64,000 bases of DNA from the human T2T-CHM13v2.0 reference genome, Homo sapiens, in NCBI RefSeq assembly GCF_009914755.1, contig NC_060927.1. One strand, given 5' to 3'. Shown in pieces: positions 52,471 through 64,000 of the stretch (position 1 is its first letter; every line of letters starts with the position of its first letter). The notes beneath the pieces are model-generated. The model was not told the DNA's origin, ran no database searches, and saw only the letters and a list, made by a program, of their open reading frames with translations. The translations under genes were made by a program, and so were the position numbers.

Positions 52471-53365
52471 TATAATTGTCAAAATACTTGACTAATCAAT
52501 CTAATTTTGAAACCCAATGAAATTCATTATTAATTTAACATCTGGATTGGGCAGCTATGTTGAACAAAATGGAGTAAATGTCTCATTCCAATTCTTTATC
52601 TGATAGTACATCTGATACTACCTCATATATAAAATTAGGTTTGCTAATGCTTTCAAAATCAGTCTATTAATATTAAAATGTTAGGCAATCATAGGCTTAA
52701 ATTATTTTTCTTCCATTTTCCCTTGGATGTTTCCATTTTAAAAATAGCATTCAAATTTATTTAGTTCCGTGAATTTAAGTTATGCTAGACTTAGAGAAAC
52801 AGTATCTTTTTAATCAACTGGTGGTTCATTACACAGATTCACTGAAAATTTCTGAATCATCTTAAAATGTTGCCTGTGATATTCCTTTGCTGTTTTCTTT
52901 TCTGTCTCTTTTTTCTTTTTTTTTTTTCGTGGTAACCTATATGGATTTTATTGAAGTGGAAACAGAATAGAAAAGGGAATAGAATTGAATTCATCTTGGT
53001 CAAGTATCTTTTAATGCAGAGCAGAGGTCAGATACTTGATAAAATAGGAGTAAATGTTCTAGGTCATGCTGGCACCATCAACAGCAGTACAGCCAGCAGA
53101 TAAAGGAAGATATTTGAACAAGGGGAGCCCACAGGATGGTGAACAGACCAAAAGGGTAGTGATGTTTCTACATGACAATAGGCCATCAGCAGTTGGGTGA
53201 TGAAGGAGATGAAGGAGACTGGACCCTCAATACCAGAAAAGAAGGGCAGAGCATAATGATGGCTTATAAATTAAATGAATCATAACCACATATTCAGGCA
53301 GGCAGCAGGTGTGAAGAACCCAAGAGAGGAGCAGGCTAAGAAGTGGGTAAAGAAGTCTAATAAGC

Positions 53366-53702
<337 letters not shown>

Positions 53703-54132
53703 TTATTATTGAATTCTATTAAAACTTTAAAGAAGAATTAATACCAATTTTTCTCAAACTATTCCAAAAAATTAAAGCAGAGTGAATTTTTCTTAACTCA
53801 TTCTATGAGGCCAGCATAACCCTGATACCAAAACAAAGCAAGTACACAACCTTAAAAGAAAACTACAGGCCAGTATCTTTGATGAACGTAGACACAAAAA
53901 TATTCAACCAAATACTAGCAAACTAATCCACAACACATCAAAAAAATGATAAACCGTGTCCAAATGAGATGTATCCCAGGAATTCAAGGATAATTGATAT
54001 ATGTGAATCAATAAATGCTATACATCACATCAATAGAACGAAGGACAAAAACCATGTGATCATTTTAATAGAGGCAGAAAAAGTATTTTATAAAATTCAG
54101 TATTACAAAATGTATGATAAAAACTCTCAATA

Positions 54133-54453
<321 letters not shown>

Positions 54454-54963
54454 TTAGGTATAGAAGGTAAGTACCTCAACACAATAAAGGCCATATATGA
54501 CAAACCCACAGCTAACATCTTACTGAAAGGGAAAGCTTTTCCTCTAAGAACTAGAACAAGATAAGGATGCCTACTCTCATTACCCCTATTCAGCATAAAA
54601 CTGGAAGTGCTAGCCAGCACAATTAGGCAAAAGAAATAAATAAAGGACATCCAAATTGGAAGGGGGAAGTCAAACTGTTCCTGTTTGCAGATGATATGAT
54701 CTTATATATAGAAAAAACTAAAGGCTTTACCAAAAAGCTCTTAGAACTGATAAACAAATTCAGTGAAGTTGCAGAACACACAATTAACATGTATAAATCA
54801 GTAGTGCTTCTATACATGAACAACAAAGTAGCTGAAAAATAAGTCAAGAAGGTAATTCAATTTACAATAGCTACCAAAAAAAAAAAAGTACCCAAGAATC
54901 CAAGAATAAATGTAACCAAGGAAGTGAAAGACCCCTACAAGGAAAACTACAAAAACAGTGATG

Positions 54964-55324
54964 TCAGATGGTTTAGCTGTGTCCCCACCCAAATCTCCTC
55001 TTGAATTGTAGTTCCCATAATTCTCACGTGTTGTGGGAGGGAGCTGGTGGGAGATAATTAAATTATAGGGGCAGTTTCCCTCATATTGTTCTCATGGAAG
55101 TGAATAAGTCTCATGAGATCTGATGGTTTTATAAAGGGAAACCCCTTTCACTTGGTTCTCATTTTCTCTCCTACCTGCAGTCATGTGAGACATGGCTTTC
55201 ACCTTCTGCCATGATTGTGAGGCCTCCCTAGCCACATGGAACTGTGAGGCCATTAAACTTTTTCTTTATAAGTTACTCAGTCTCAGGTATGTTTTTATCA
55301 ACTGTATGAGAACAGACTAATACA
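54964..55324 (+). mobile_element. Solo THE1 LTR (THE1B-like) inserted in L1MA
   Basis: atggtttagctgtgtccccacccaaatctc...gagaacagactaataca. Confidence 0.9.
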
Positions 55325-56353
55325 GATAAAGGAAATTAAAGAGGATACAAAACAAATGGAAAAAACATCCCATGCTTATAGTTGGAAGAATTAATATTGT
55401 TAAAATGACAATACTACCCAAAGCTATCTATAGATTCAACCCAATCTCTATCAAGATACCAATGACATTCCTCACAGAAATAGAAACAAAATCATAAAAT
55501 TTGTAGGAAATATCAAAAGACCCCAAAGAGCCAAAGCAATCCTGAGTGAAAATAACAAAGATGGAGGAATCACACTACCAGACCTCAAAATGTACTACAA
55601 AGCTGTAGTAGCCAAAACAGCAGGATACTGTCATAAAACAGACATGTAGACCAATTGAACAGAATAGAGAACCCAGAAATCCACATATTTTCAGCCAGTT
55701 GATTTTTTACAAAGGTTCCAAGAATGCTTACTAGGGAAAAGATAGTCTGTTTAATAAATGATGCTAGGAAAACTGGACATCCATATGCAAGAAGAATGAA
55801 ACTAGATCCCTACCTCTCACCGTAAACAAAAATCAACTCAAGATGGATCAAAGACTGAAATGTAAGACCTGAAATGACAAAAGAAAGAAAATATGCTAGA
55901 AGAAATAGGATGATACTAGAAGAAAATATAGGGGAAGTGCTTCAGGATATTGGTTTGGGAAAATATTGTATGAATAAGATCTTAAAAGCACAGGCAACAA
56001 AAGCAAAAATAAGGTAGGATTATATCAAACTAAAAAGCTTTTGCACCGCAAAGGAAATAGTCAACAGAGTGAAAAGATAACCTATAAAATAGGAGGAAAT
56101 ATATGCAAACTATTTATCCGACGGGGTATTAGTATCATTAGAATAGACAAGGAACTCAAAATCTCAACAGTAAAAAACAACCTGATTTTAAAATGGGCAA
56201 ATGATCTGAATAGATATTTCCCAAAAGAAGACATACAAATGGATAAGAAATATATTTTTTAAATGCTCAGCATCATTAATCATCAAGGAGATGCAAATCA
56301 AAACTACAATGAGATATCATCTCACCCCAGTTAGGATGGCTATTTCCAAACAG

Positions 56354-56397
56354 ACAACAACAACAACACACACACAACAACAACAACAACAACAACC
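56354..56397. repeat. (CAA)n/(CA)n compound microsatellite inside L1MA
   Basis: acaacaacaacaacacacacacaacaacaacaacaacaacaac. Confidence 0.9.
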
Positions 56398-58215
56398 AAT
56401 GCTGATAAGGATGTGAAGAAAAGAGTATTTTTATAACACTGTTGGTGGGAATGTAAACCAGTACAGCTACTATGGAGAACAGTATGGAGGTTACTCAAAA
56501 AACTACAAATAGAATGACCATATAATCCAGCAATTCTACTACTGGGAATTTATCCAAAGGAAAGGAAATCATTCTGTCAGAAACATTTACACCCCCATGT
56601 TTATTGCAATACTATTCACAATAGCCAAGATATGGAATCAGCCCAGGTGTCCAATAACATATGAATGGATAAAGAAAATGTGATATATATACACAATGGA
56701 ATTCTATTCGGTCATAAAAAAGAGTGAAATCCTGTCATTCATGGCAACATGGATGGAATTGAAAGACGTTAAGTGAAATAAGCCAGGAACAAAAAGTTAA
56801 ACACTGTATGTTCCCATTCCTATGCAGAATCTAAAAAAAGGTGATCTCACAGAAGTAAAAAGTAGAACAGAGGATACTAGATGCTGGGAAGTACAGTGGG
56901 AAAGGAGGGATGGGGAGAGATTTGTTAAAGGATACAAAATTACAGCTAAATAGGAGGAACACACTTTAGTCCACCATTGCTACCTTAAGATGACTATAGT
57001 TAACAATAATACATAGTTTTGAATAACTAGAAGGAGGAAATAGAATGTTTCCAACACAAGGAAATGATAAATGTTTGAGATGATGCATATGCCAATCACT
57101 TTGCTCTGATCACCATATATTACAGGTATCAAAACATTACTATGCACCCCATGAATATGTACCATTATTATTTGCCAATTTTAAAAAGTAAAATAAAAAA
57201 ATAGACCCAGCAACCAGGGAACCATTAGTAGTTTAGAGGTGCAGCATCATTCTGCCTCATCCAGAAATTTCTTGGAAATTTTTATTGGGAAAGAAATCTT
57301 TAATGTGAACAGCCTAGAACTCGCAGATTTGAGGAGAGAGGTCAGTCACCAGACCGGAAAGACGAAAAGAAGAGGTAGCAGCTCAAGGTAGATATAGAAC
57401 CAAAGCCTGTTTGATGAGCTAAATTCAGATAAATCACCAAAATCAGATGGCATCCACCCAACAGTGTTTAAAAATTTTGAGGTTGTGAGTTTGGGAGTCA
57501 TGTTTAAACTGACATCCTGTCTCTGGAAATCATTGCTGTGAGGGGAATTTTCATTCTTTGTTTTTCTCCAGGACTCTCCGTACCTTGCACAAAATACCTG
57601 AAAGGTTCACTAGGCCATTTTCAAACTTGTATTTTTCAATCCTCAGGAAAATCTCCAGAGGAAGAGATGCTTGCCAACCAGAATTTCAGGGAGCCAATGT
57701 GGGCCATGTTCAGGTAGCTTTGAGGAAAGTAACACTGACCTCAAGCTGCAGGGTGGCACTGGTGCCACAGGAATGCAAAGACAAGGGAAAATTAAAGGAA
57801 TGAGCCAGGTAATGTGGGAGGCACACAAGTATAAAGCCTGTTAAACACATGACTAAATAGTTAACCTACCAGGTCTACTTATTAATACATAGACTTTATA
57901 TCCCCAATTTTCCTTCAATTATAGAAAAGTTGACTTTGCACTTTAAATGGCAGGATATGTGTATATATTAAAGTGTGTGTGTGTGAATGTAGGTGTGTGC
58001 TTGAATGTGTTCTTGGATTCCTGAGTAATTGAGCTGAGTCCCAGAAGCTAATAAGAAGAACAATATGTGAATTTTTTACTTCTCACTGTAAAAACTATTT
58101 TAAGGAAGTAAGTAAAAATAGCAAACCAGTGGAAATTTTACTAGATTATGCTCCTGCTGGCCCATATTTTGAACAATTTAAAACTGATAAAAACAGTTAC
58201 CAGTAATTATTGGTA

Positions 58216-59160
58216 ACACAGAGTTACCAATAATTCTTCTAATATGCACCCAAGAAAAATAAAAACATATAGCCACACAAAACATTGTACATGAATGTTC
58301 ATAGCAGTGTTACTCATAATACCCCTGTATTAGTCTGTTTTCACACTGCTATAAATAAATACCTGAGACTGGGTAATTTGTAAAGGAAAGAGGTTTAATA
58401 GAGTCACAGTTTAGCATGGCTGGGAGGCCTCAGGAGACTTACAACCATGACAGAAGGGGAAGCAAACACATCCTTCTTCACAAGGCAGCAGGAAAGGGAA
58501 ATGCAGAGTGGAGGGGAAGAGTCCCTTATAAAACCATGAAATCTTGTGATAACTCACTCACTATCACAAGAACAGCATGGGGGAACCCCCTCCCCCACAC
58601 CTCATGATCCAATCATTTCCCACAAGGTCCCTCCCCTAACATGTGAGAATTACAATTCAGATTACCGTTCAAGATGAGATTTTGGTGGAGACACAAAGCC
58701 TAATCATATCAACCTTAAAGTGGAAACAATCCACATGTCCACCTGCTGATGAACAGATAAACAAAATGTGGCATATCAGTACAGTGGAATATAATTTAGC
58801 AGTGAAAAGTAATGAAGTTCTGATATATGCTTAACATGGATGAATCTCAAAAATATTGTGGTATATGAATTAAGCCCATCCCAGAGGACCACATTTAGTA
58901 TATTTCCATTTATATGAAATATCCAGAATAAGCAAACCTACAGAGACAAAGTGATAGTTGCCATGGGGTATGTGGGGCAGAGGAGAAATGAAGAATAACT
59001 GCTAATTGTTATGAGTGCTTTTGAGAGGGTGATGAAAATATTTTAGAATTAGATTGTGATTATAGTCATGCAACTTTGAAAATATACCAAAAACCTCTGA
59101 ACTAAACATTTTAAATGGATTAATCATAAGGTATGTGAATTAAATCTCAAGTTAAAAAAA
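58216..59160 (+). mobile_element. L1MB-type 3' end fragment split by THE1
   Basis: cacccaagaaaaataaaaacata...gaatgttcatagcag | aagtggaaacaatccacatgtcc...gtatgtgaattaaatctcaa. Confidence 0.8.
58326..58711 (-). mobile_element. Solo THE1 LTR (THE1C/D-like)
   Basis: tgtattagtctgttttcacactgcta...ggagacacaaagcctaatcatatca; degenerate TSD acccc / acctt. Confidence 0.9.
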
Positions 59161-59209
59161 ATGAACCACTCAGAATTTAGGAAAAGTACTTCCCCTGGTT
59201 GTAAGCCAG

Positions 59210-59460
59210 TATGATGCACTGGGTAACAGTTTAAGTTCTGGAATCAGACTGCCTGGATTTGAGTACAACTTTGCCACTTAGAAGCTATGTGATCTTGGGC
59301 AAGTTACTTGACTACTTTGTGCCCCAATTTCTTCATCTTTAAAAGGGGTGGATAATTGTACACACCTCTTGAGATAACCTTGAAGATTAATTAATAACGT
59401 AAGTGCTCGGAACAGTACCCTGTACTTTGCACAATAAGAACATTTATTATTATTATCATT
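59210..59460 (+). mobile_element. MIR SINE
   Basis: tctggaatcagactgcctggatttga...gccacttagaagctatgtgatcttgggcaagttactt. Confidence 0.85.
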
Positions 59461-59474
59461 ATCATCTTTACTAA

Positions 59475-59970
59475 TGTGTTGCCTTGTTGGGACCTGAGAA
59501 CAGGGTCACACCCCAGTGAGTAGAAGGTGATAATTCTCTTAGGGAAGGTCATTATTCCTCTTGGCAATCATCCTGGCAAGCGACTGACCTTTGGAAGGTA
59601 ACGAGATCTTGGAAAATAGGACATAAACATCTCACCAAGTCTAGGTTTTTCTTTTTCTCTGAGGCTTCTGACCCTTGGAACCAGAATTCTAGAGATTTTA
59701 GACTTGCTTGAGTAGGTTTCTGGTGATAGGGTTATGTTGGTCTCTACCTCACAGGAAGGCTTAGAAGGCAGGGAACCTCATAGCTCATCAGGAACTATCT
59801 AAGGAATATTTTGGTGTGCAATGACTGGCCCTTGAGCTCAGCTCTGAGCACAACCACATCCAGAAGCAGTTGTGTTACTCTATGAGTTGTGACTCCCTTT
59901 TGTCAATGAGGAACTTCAATAAAGTCCTATTAAAAGACACAGCCTGCGCTCTACTCTGCTGTGGGAAGTG
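59475..59970 (+). mobile_element. Possible old LTR (unclassified)
   Basis: TG start and an aataaa near the end in an LTR-like layout; no family recognised. Confidence 0.25.
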
Positions 59971-60268
59971 AAGAAAAGGGTGCATTCCATCCATTCAATG
60001 AAATGTCATAAAGGAGGGCAGCCTCTGGCCCCATCTCCCTCTCACTCCAAAGTTAGTGGGATGGTTGCACAATTCACCAGGGAGGTCAGGTGTCCCAGAT
60101 CACAGGAGGAAATCAGCAGATGTGCAATAGGCCTATAGATAGAGTAGAATTGATGAGTCCAGAGCACTAATGACTAGGAAAAGAGGCAGAGGCCCAGAAT
60201 GACAAAGGATCCTGGTTGGACAGCACCATCCTGGACACTAGAGGAGGAAAGGACTAGGTGAGGAAGGG

Positions 60269-60894
60269 TAAGGACTGACATCCTATTACACGGACAGGTG
60301 GGGCTGAGAACCATCATAACTGAGGTACTTAGGTTACTATAAATGTGCCCATACTTTCAGACTAAGAGAAGAAGTTGGAAAATTTCCACAGTCCTTTTAT
60401 TCAAGGAGCCTATGACCCAGTGTTTTTGGACTGTCACGTAAATAAAACAATGATAAAGGCAAACACCGGATTTTGGGGTAGATTGAGCCCTGAGAGATCC
60501 AGGAAGTTTTCTTCTTATGCAAGATGTTGAAAGAAAGTCTGAAAGTAGAAATTTATAGTAACCTAAGTACCTCAATTATGATGGTTCTCAGCCCCACCTG
60601 TCAGTGTAATAGGATGTCATTCCTTAACTTCTTTAGTATAGGTGAACTAGTCAAACTCTTTCAAAACCCAAGAAATGAGGCTAAAGCTTCCGAAATCAGT
60701 GGCACCACATCTTCCATAAGAAGAAAACTTTCTGGATCCCTCAGGGCTCTATCTACCCCCAAATCCTGTGCTTGTCTTTATCATTGTTTTATGATAAAGT
60801 CATAAAACAGTCCCAAACACTTGACAATCCCAAACACTGGGTCATAGGCTCCTTCATATAAGGATTGTGGAATTTTTCATACTTCTCTTTTCTT
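60269..60894. repeat. Interleaved double inverted duplication A-B-A'-x-B'
   Basis: A 60269-60363 is the reverse complement of A' 60536-60626; B 60364-60527 is the reverse complement of B' 60707-60894; opposite-strand ORFs share IRRKL.GSLRA.STPKS..CLYHCF. Confidence 0.95.
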
Positions 60895-61439
60895 CTATTT
60901 TTTTCTTTTTCCTTTTAGATTTCTGGGTCACCATTGCTTAACTGAACTTCTATTCTTATGCCAAGCACACAGAAAGTACTCGTTGAATGAATGAATCACC
61001 AGTTGAGGATAATATATTTATGGGAAGTAGTCAGATTGCAACCACACTTTTGTGTTAAGGTGGGATCCAATCACAGAGCTTTTGTTCCTTTACTATCCCT
61101 GAGATGTACTGAGCTGTCTGTTCTGACTCTCCCATTTCTGCTAAGTTCAGCCCCTTCCTTTTTTGGACCCATTTCCTCCTGTTCTCTATTCCTTTGTGCC
61201 CTCTGAAGCTCCTGTTTTCCTACCAAGAACATTTCAGCTACGTTCCGATCTTTTGTGAAAAAGACCTTAAACATTGTTGTTTAATGAATGCAGGACCTTT
61301 TACCTCTGAGGCTGCTTTATCTCAGTTCCACTGATTCCTCTTCTTTCAATTAGCATTCAAATGTTGATGGTTCTAGAATTAGACCATTTAATTTTACTCT
61401 TCTCATTTTGTATCTTCTCTCCTGAGGGGAACTGGAGAC

Positions 61440-61900
61440 TAAGTATAAGGTGAACATTGAGCAGAATGAAGAGACAAGGCCAGCACATTTAAGTTGGAAG
61501 CTGATTGAGGAAAGATGATAATGCCAGGATATAGAGTCTAATTTGGAGGTCAGGGGTCATGGTGGGTATGGATGAAAAGTTCTTAAGAGCAGGAGTTGCA
61601 TGAAGTTATGATTCTGAAAAATAATTGCTTGTGGGTTCTAGATGGACTAGTGACAGTAGAGCTTGAATCAAGGAGAACGGGTGATTTGAGCTGACCCTGG
61701 GAATTGGCAGTGGTATAGGTGGGAGAGATGGTTTTAACATATTTCCAAGGGAAAAAAAGTACAAGATGTAGTGACCTGTTAGACATAGCAGATAAGATAA
61801 AAGAAGTGAAAGATTCCTGGAGGTTTTGGCTCGGGTAATGCACAAATGGTGAGAACGTATTAACAAGATGACAAGTAGAAGAGGACAAGAATAATTAGCC
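61440..61900 (-). mobile_element. L2 fragment
   Basis: ttggaggtcaggggtcatgg...ggaattggcagtggtataggtgggagagatgg...agtgaaagattcctggaggttttggctcgggta. Confidence 0.55.
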
Positions 61901-62149
61901 ATAATCTGACATGGTGGTATTATTAAAGTAATGTCTCTAGGTCTTTCACGGTCAGTGTCTCATATGGATGGTGGCAGCTAATTAATTCTATTAGAAGTGA
62001 TGTAGGCAGGGCCTCAGTTAACAGATGACAAAAATATTTCAACTTGAAACTTTATTTAACCAAGGCTTCATAGCTCTTTCCACATTAACCAGGATTACCA
62101 CAAAGATATAGCGTAAGAGAACTAACATGAAAGTCAAAATATTTATATA

Positions 62150-62320
62150 AGTCCCAGTTATGCCACTTGTCATCTGTGGAAGATAGAGCATTTCACTTCT
62201 TTGAGCTCATTTTTTTTCTCATCTGTAAAATGGAAAGATAATACCTCACAAGGTAGTGATAAAAGTTACATAAAATAATGTATAGAAAACTGATTTGTGA
62301 GCTGCCAACACATAGCTGGC
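62150..62320 (+). mobile_element. MIR SINE
   Basis: ctcatctgtaaaatggaaagataatacctcacaaggtagtgata. Confidence 0.7.
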
Positions 62321-62519
62321 TGGGGGAAATTGAATGCCAGTCTTAGGAATCATTTAGACTCAGGGTTTGAAAAGGCAAGATTTAGAGTTAGAATTATGCA
62401 TCCAACATTCTGTCATAACTGCATGTCTATATTGTGATAAGACTTCGGAAGAAAACCCATCAAATAATCTAAATAGCTCCATGAGCTGTGATGTTATACT
62501 CTTACACTTCACAGACAGA

Positions 62520-62690
62520 TGGTGTGTCTAAGATGGAAGAGACCTCAAGGATCATATTGTTTTCTTTTCTAGTGATGAGTCTGAGGCAAGAGAGGTGATA
62601 CAACTTATCTAAGATCACAGAAACCACTGATAGCCAGGATAAGACCCATGCTTCTCAACTAACTCCCGGCTCAGGGCTCCTCTGCTGTAT
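62520..62690 (-). mobile_element. MIR fragment
   Basis: gatgagtctgaggcaagagaggtgatacaacttatctaagatcacag. Confidence 0.55.
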
Positions 62691-63677
62691 TACAGAACAT
62701 TCCCCTGCTACTGAAAAAAGACATCTCATTCTGGCCAAGGAGTCATCATCTTTTTTTTGTTTAATTTCCGTTTCATAAAGCCAGAATAATTTCTGGTCCA
62801 AAACTATTCTTTGCTGGCCTGGCTGATTTACCCAAACTGTTTTTCATTTTATCTTGCCCTGAAAACTAACATTTTTCTTTCTTTGGGGAAAAAAAAATGG
62901 CAAAGCAATGGAAAACTTGTACTCATAACTTCAGCATTTCTAAGCCCTGAGGCGGGGAGAGGAGAGGTAGAAGTGGCTTCACACTGGCAAGGGAATTTTA
63001 GCTGGAGCACTTTGCAGCCTTGTAGCAATGGAGAACTTGTACTGTGTGAAGTCTGAGATTCAAAGTGACAGGAAATTTGCGTTTTTTGCTTTTTATGCCA
63101 CTGCTCCAACCTGCCATGGCACCTGTAGAAATCCCATTTTGATGATCTGGTCCTTACCATCTCCAATCCCATAATAACCACTTCCCAACTCCTTATGGAG
63201 GAGACTCTTGATAGAGGTCACTCTGACACCAGGTTGGGCAAGGAAAGAAAGTGAAATGAGAAAGGACTTCTCTTGACTCCCATGGTGGCTAGAGGAGCTG
63301 TTAGATGATTCAGAGCAGGGGACCTTGTGTACCGTCTTCAGCATTGACTCATTCAGGTACATTCTCCTTTGAGTGCAGAAGTGTGCTCTAGGGATGTATT
63401 AAATGGAGAGTGAAGATATGAACAAAGCTCTGATGATCTCCCATTCACATTCGGGGGCAGGAACTGTGCTTTCTTTATCTTAATATCCTTTGCACTTATC
63501 TCACTACTCTGCATATAGAAGAGTGCACAGTACAGTTCTGTTTGTGTGTGTGTGTTTAACTTATTGACATGTAGTTCACATAGCATATGCACAATACAGT
63601 TTTGCTGAATAAATACATCTGAAGGAAACAATGACTTCCTCAGACATCCAGCAGCCAGATTATCAAAAGCTAGCAGT

Positions 63678-64000
<323 letters not shown>

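Noticed and set aside
57400-57500. Possible CR1/L3 RT fragment (cagatggcatccacccaacagtgttt, DGIHP-like)
   Set aside because: Too short and diverged to set boundaries by eye.
60357-60805. Two opposite-strand ORFs sharing a peptide, suggesting paralogous small genes or a toxin-antitoxin-like pair
   Set aside because: The similarity is fully explained by the DNA-level inverted duplication; there is no evidence of coding function.
63243-63263. ISRE/IRF-like GAAAGTGAAA motif
   Set aside because: Single short purine-rich match, expected by chance in 64 kb, with no supporting context.

Overview
AT-rich, CpG-depleted, repeat-dense primate genomic DNA, very probably human because it carries a consensus-perfect AluYc1-type element. 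It looks intergenic or deep-intronic. I found no intact protein-coding gene, CpG island, rRNA/tRNA or CRISPR array. Nearly all longer ORFs in the track are translations of Alu, L1, MaLR or Tigger remnants. Main content: a TSD-flanked MSTA provirus with an internal inverted rearrangement (1345-3877); a near full-length old L1PA (12533-20189) hosting three younger insertions (truncated L1PA with a short 3' transduction, THE1 LTR, AluYc1); a full-length Tigger1 (26132-28534); a 5'-truncated L1MA (53712-57200); nine Alus; several solo LTRs; and many MIR/L2/CR1/MER fragments. The most unusual non-TE structure is an interleaved double inverted duplication (A-B-A'-x-B', 60269-60894) with serial micro-template-switch scars. 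Other observations are a perfect 71-bp tandem duplication, a poly(A)-tailed orphan segment, several RFX X-box motifs and a candidate lncRNA splice pair. Repeat subfamily names come from recalled consensus motifs, not a database search, and boundaries of old repeats are approximate. I see no convincing evidence for a novel multi-gene system.
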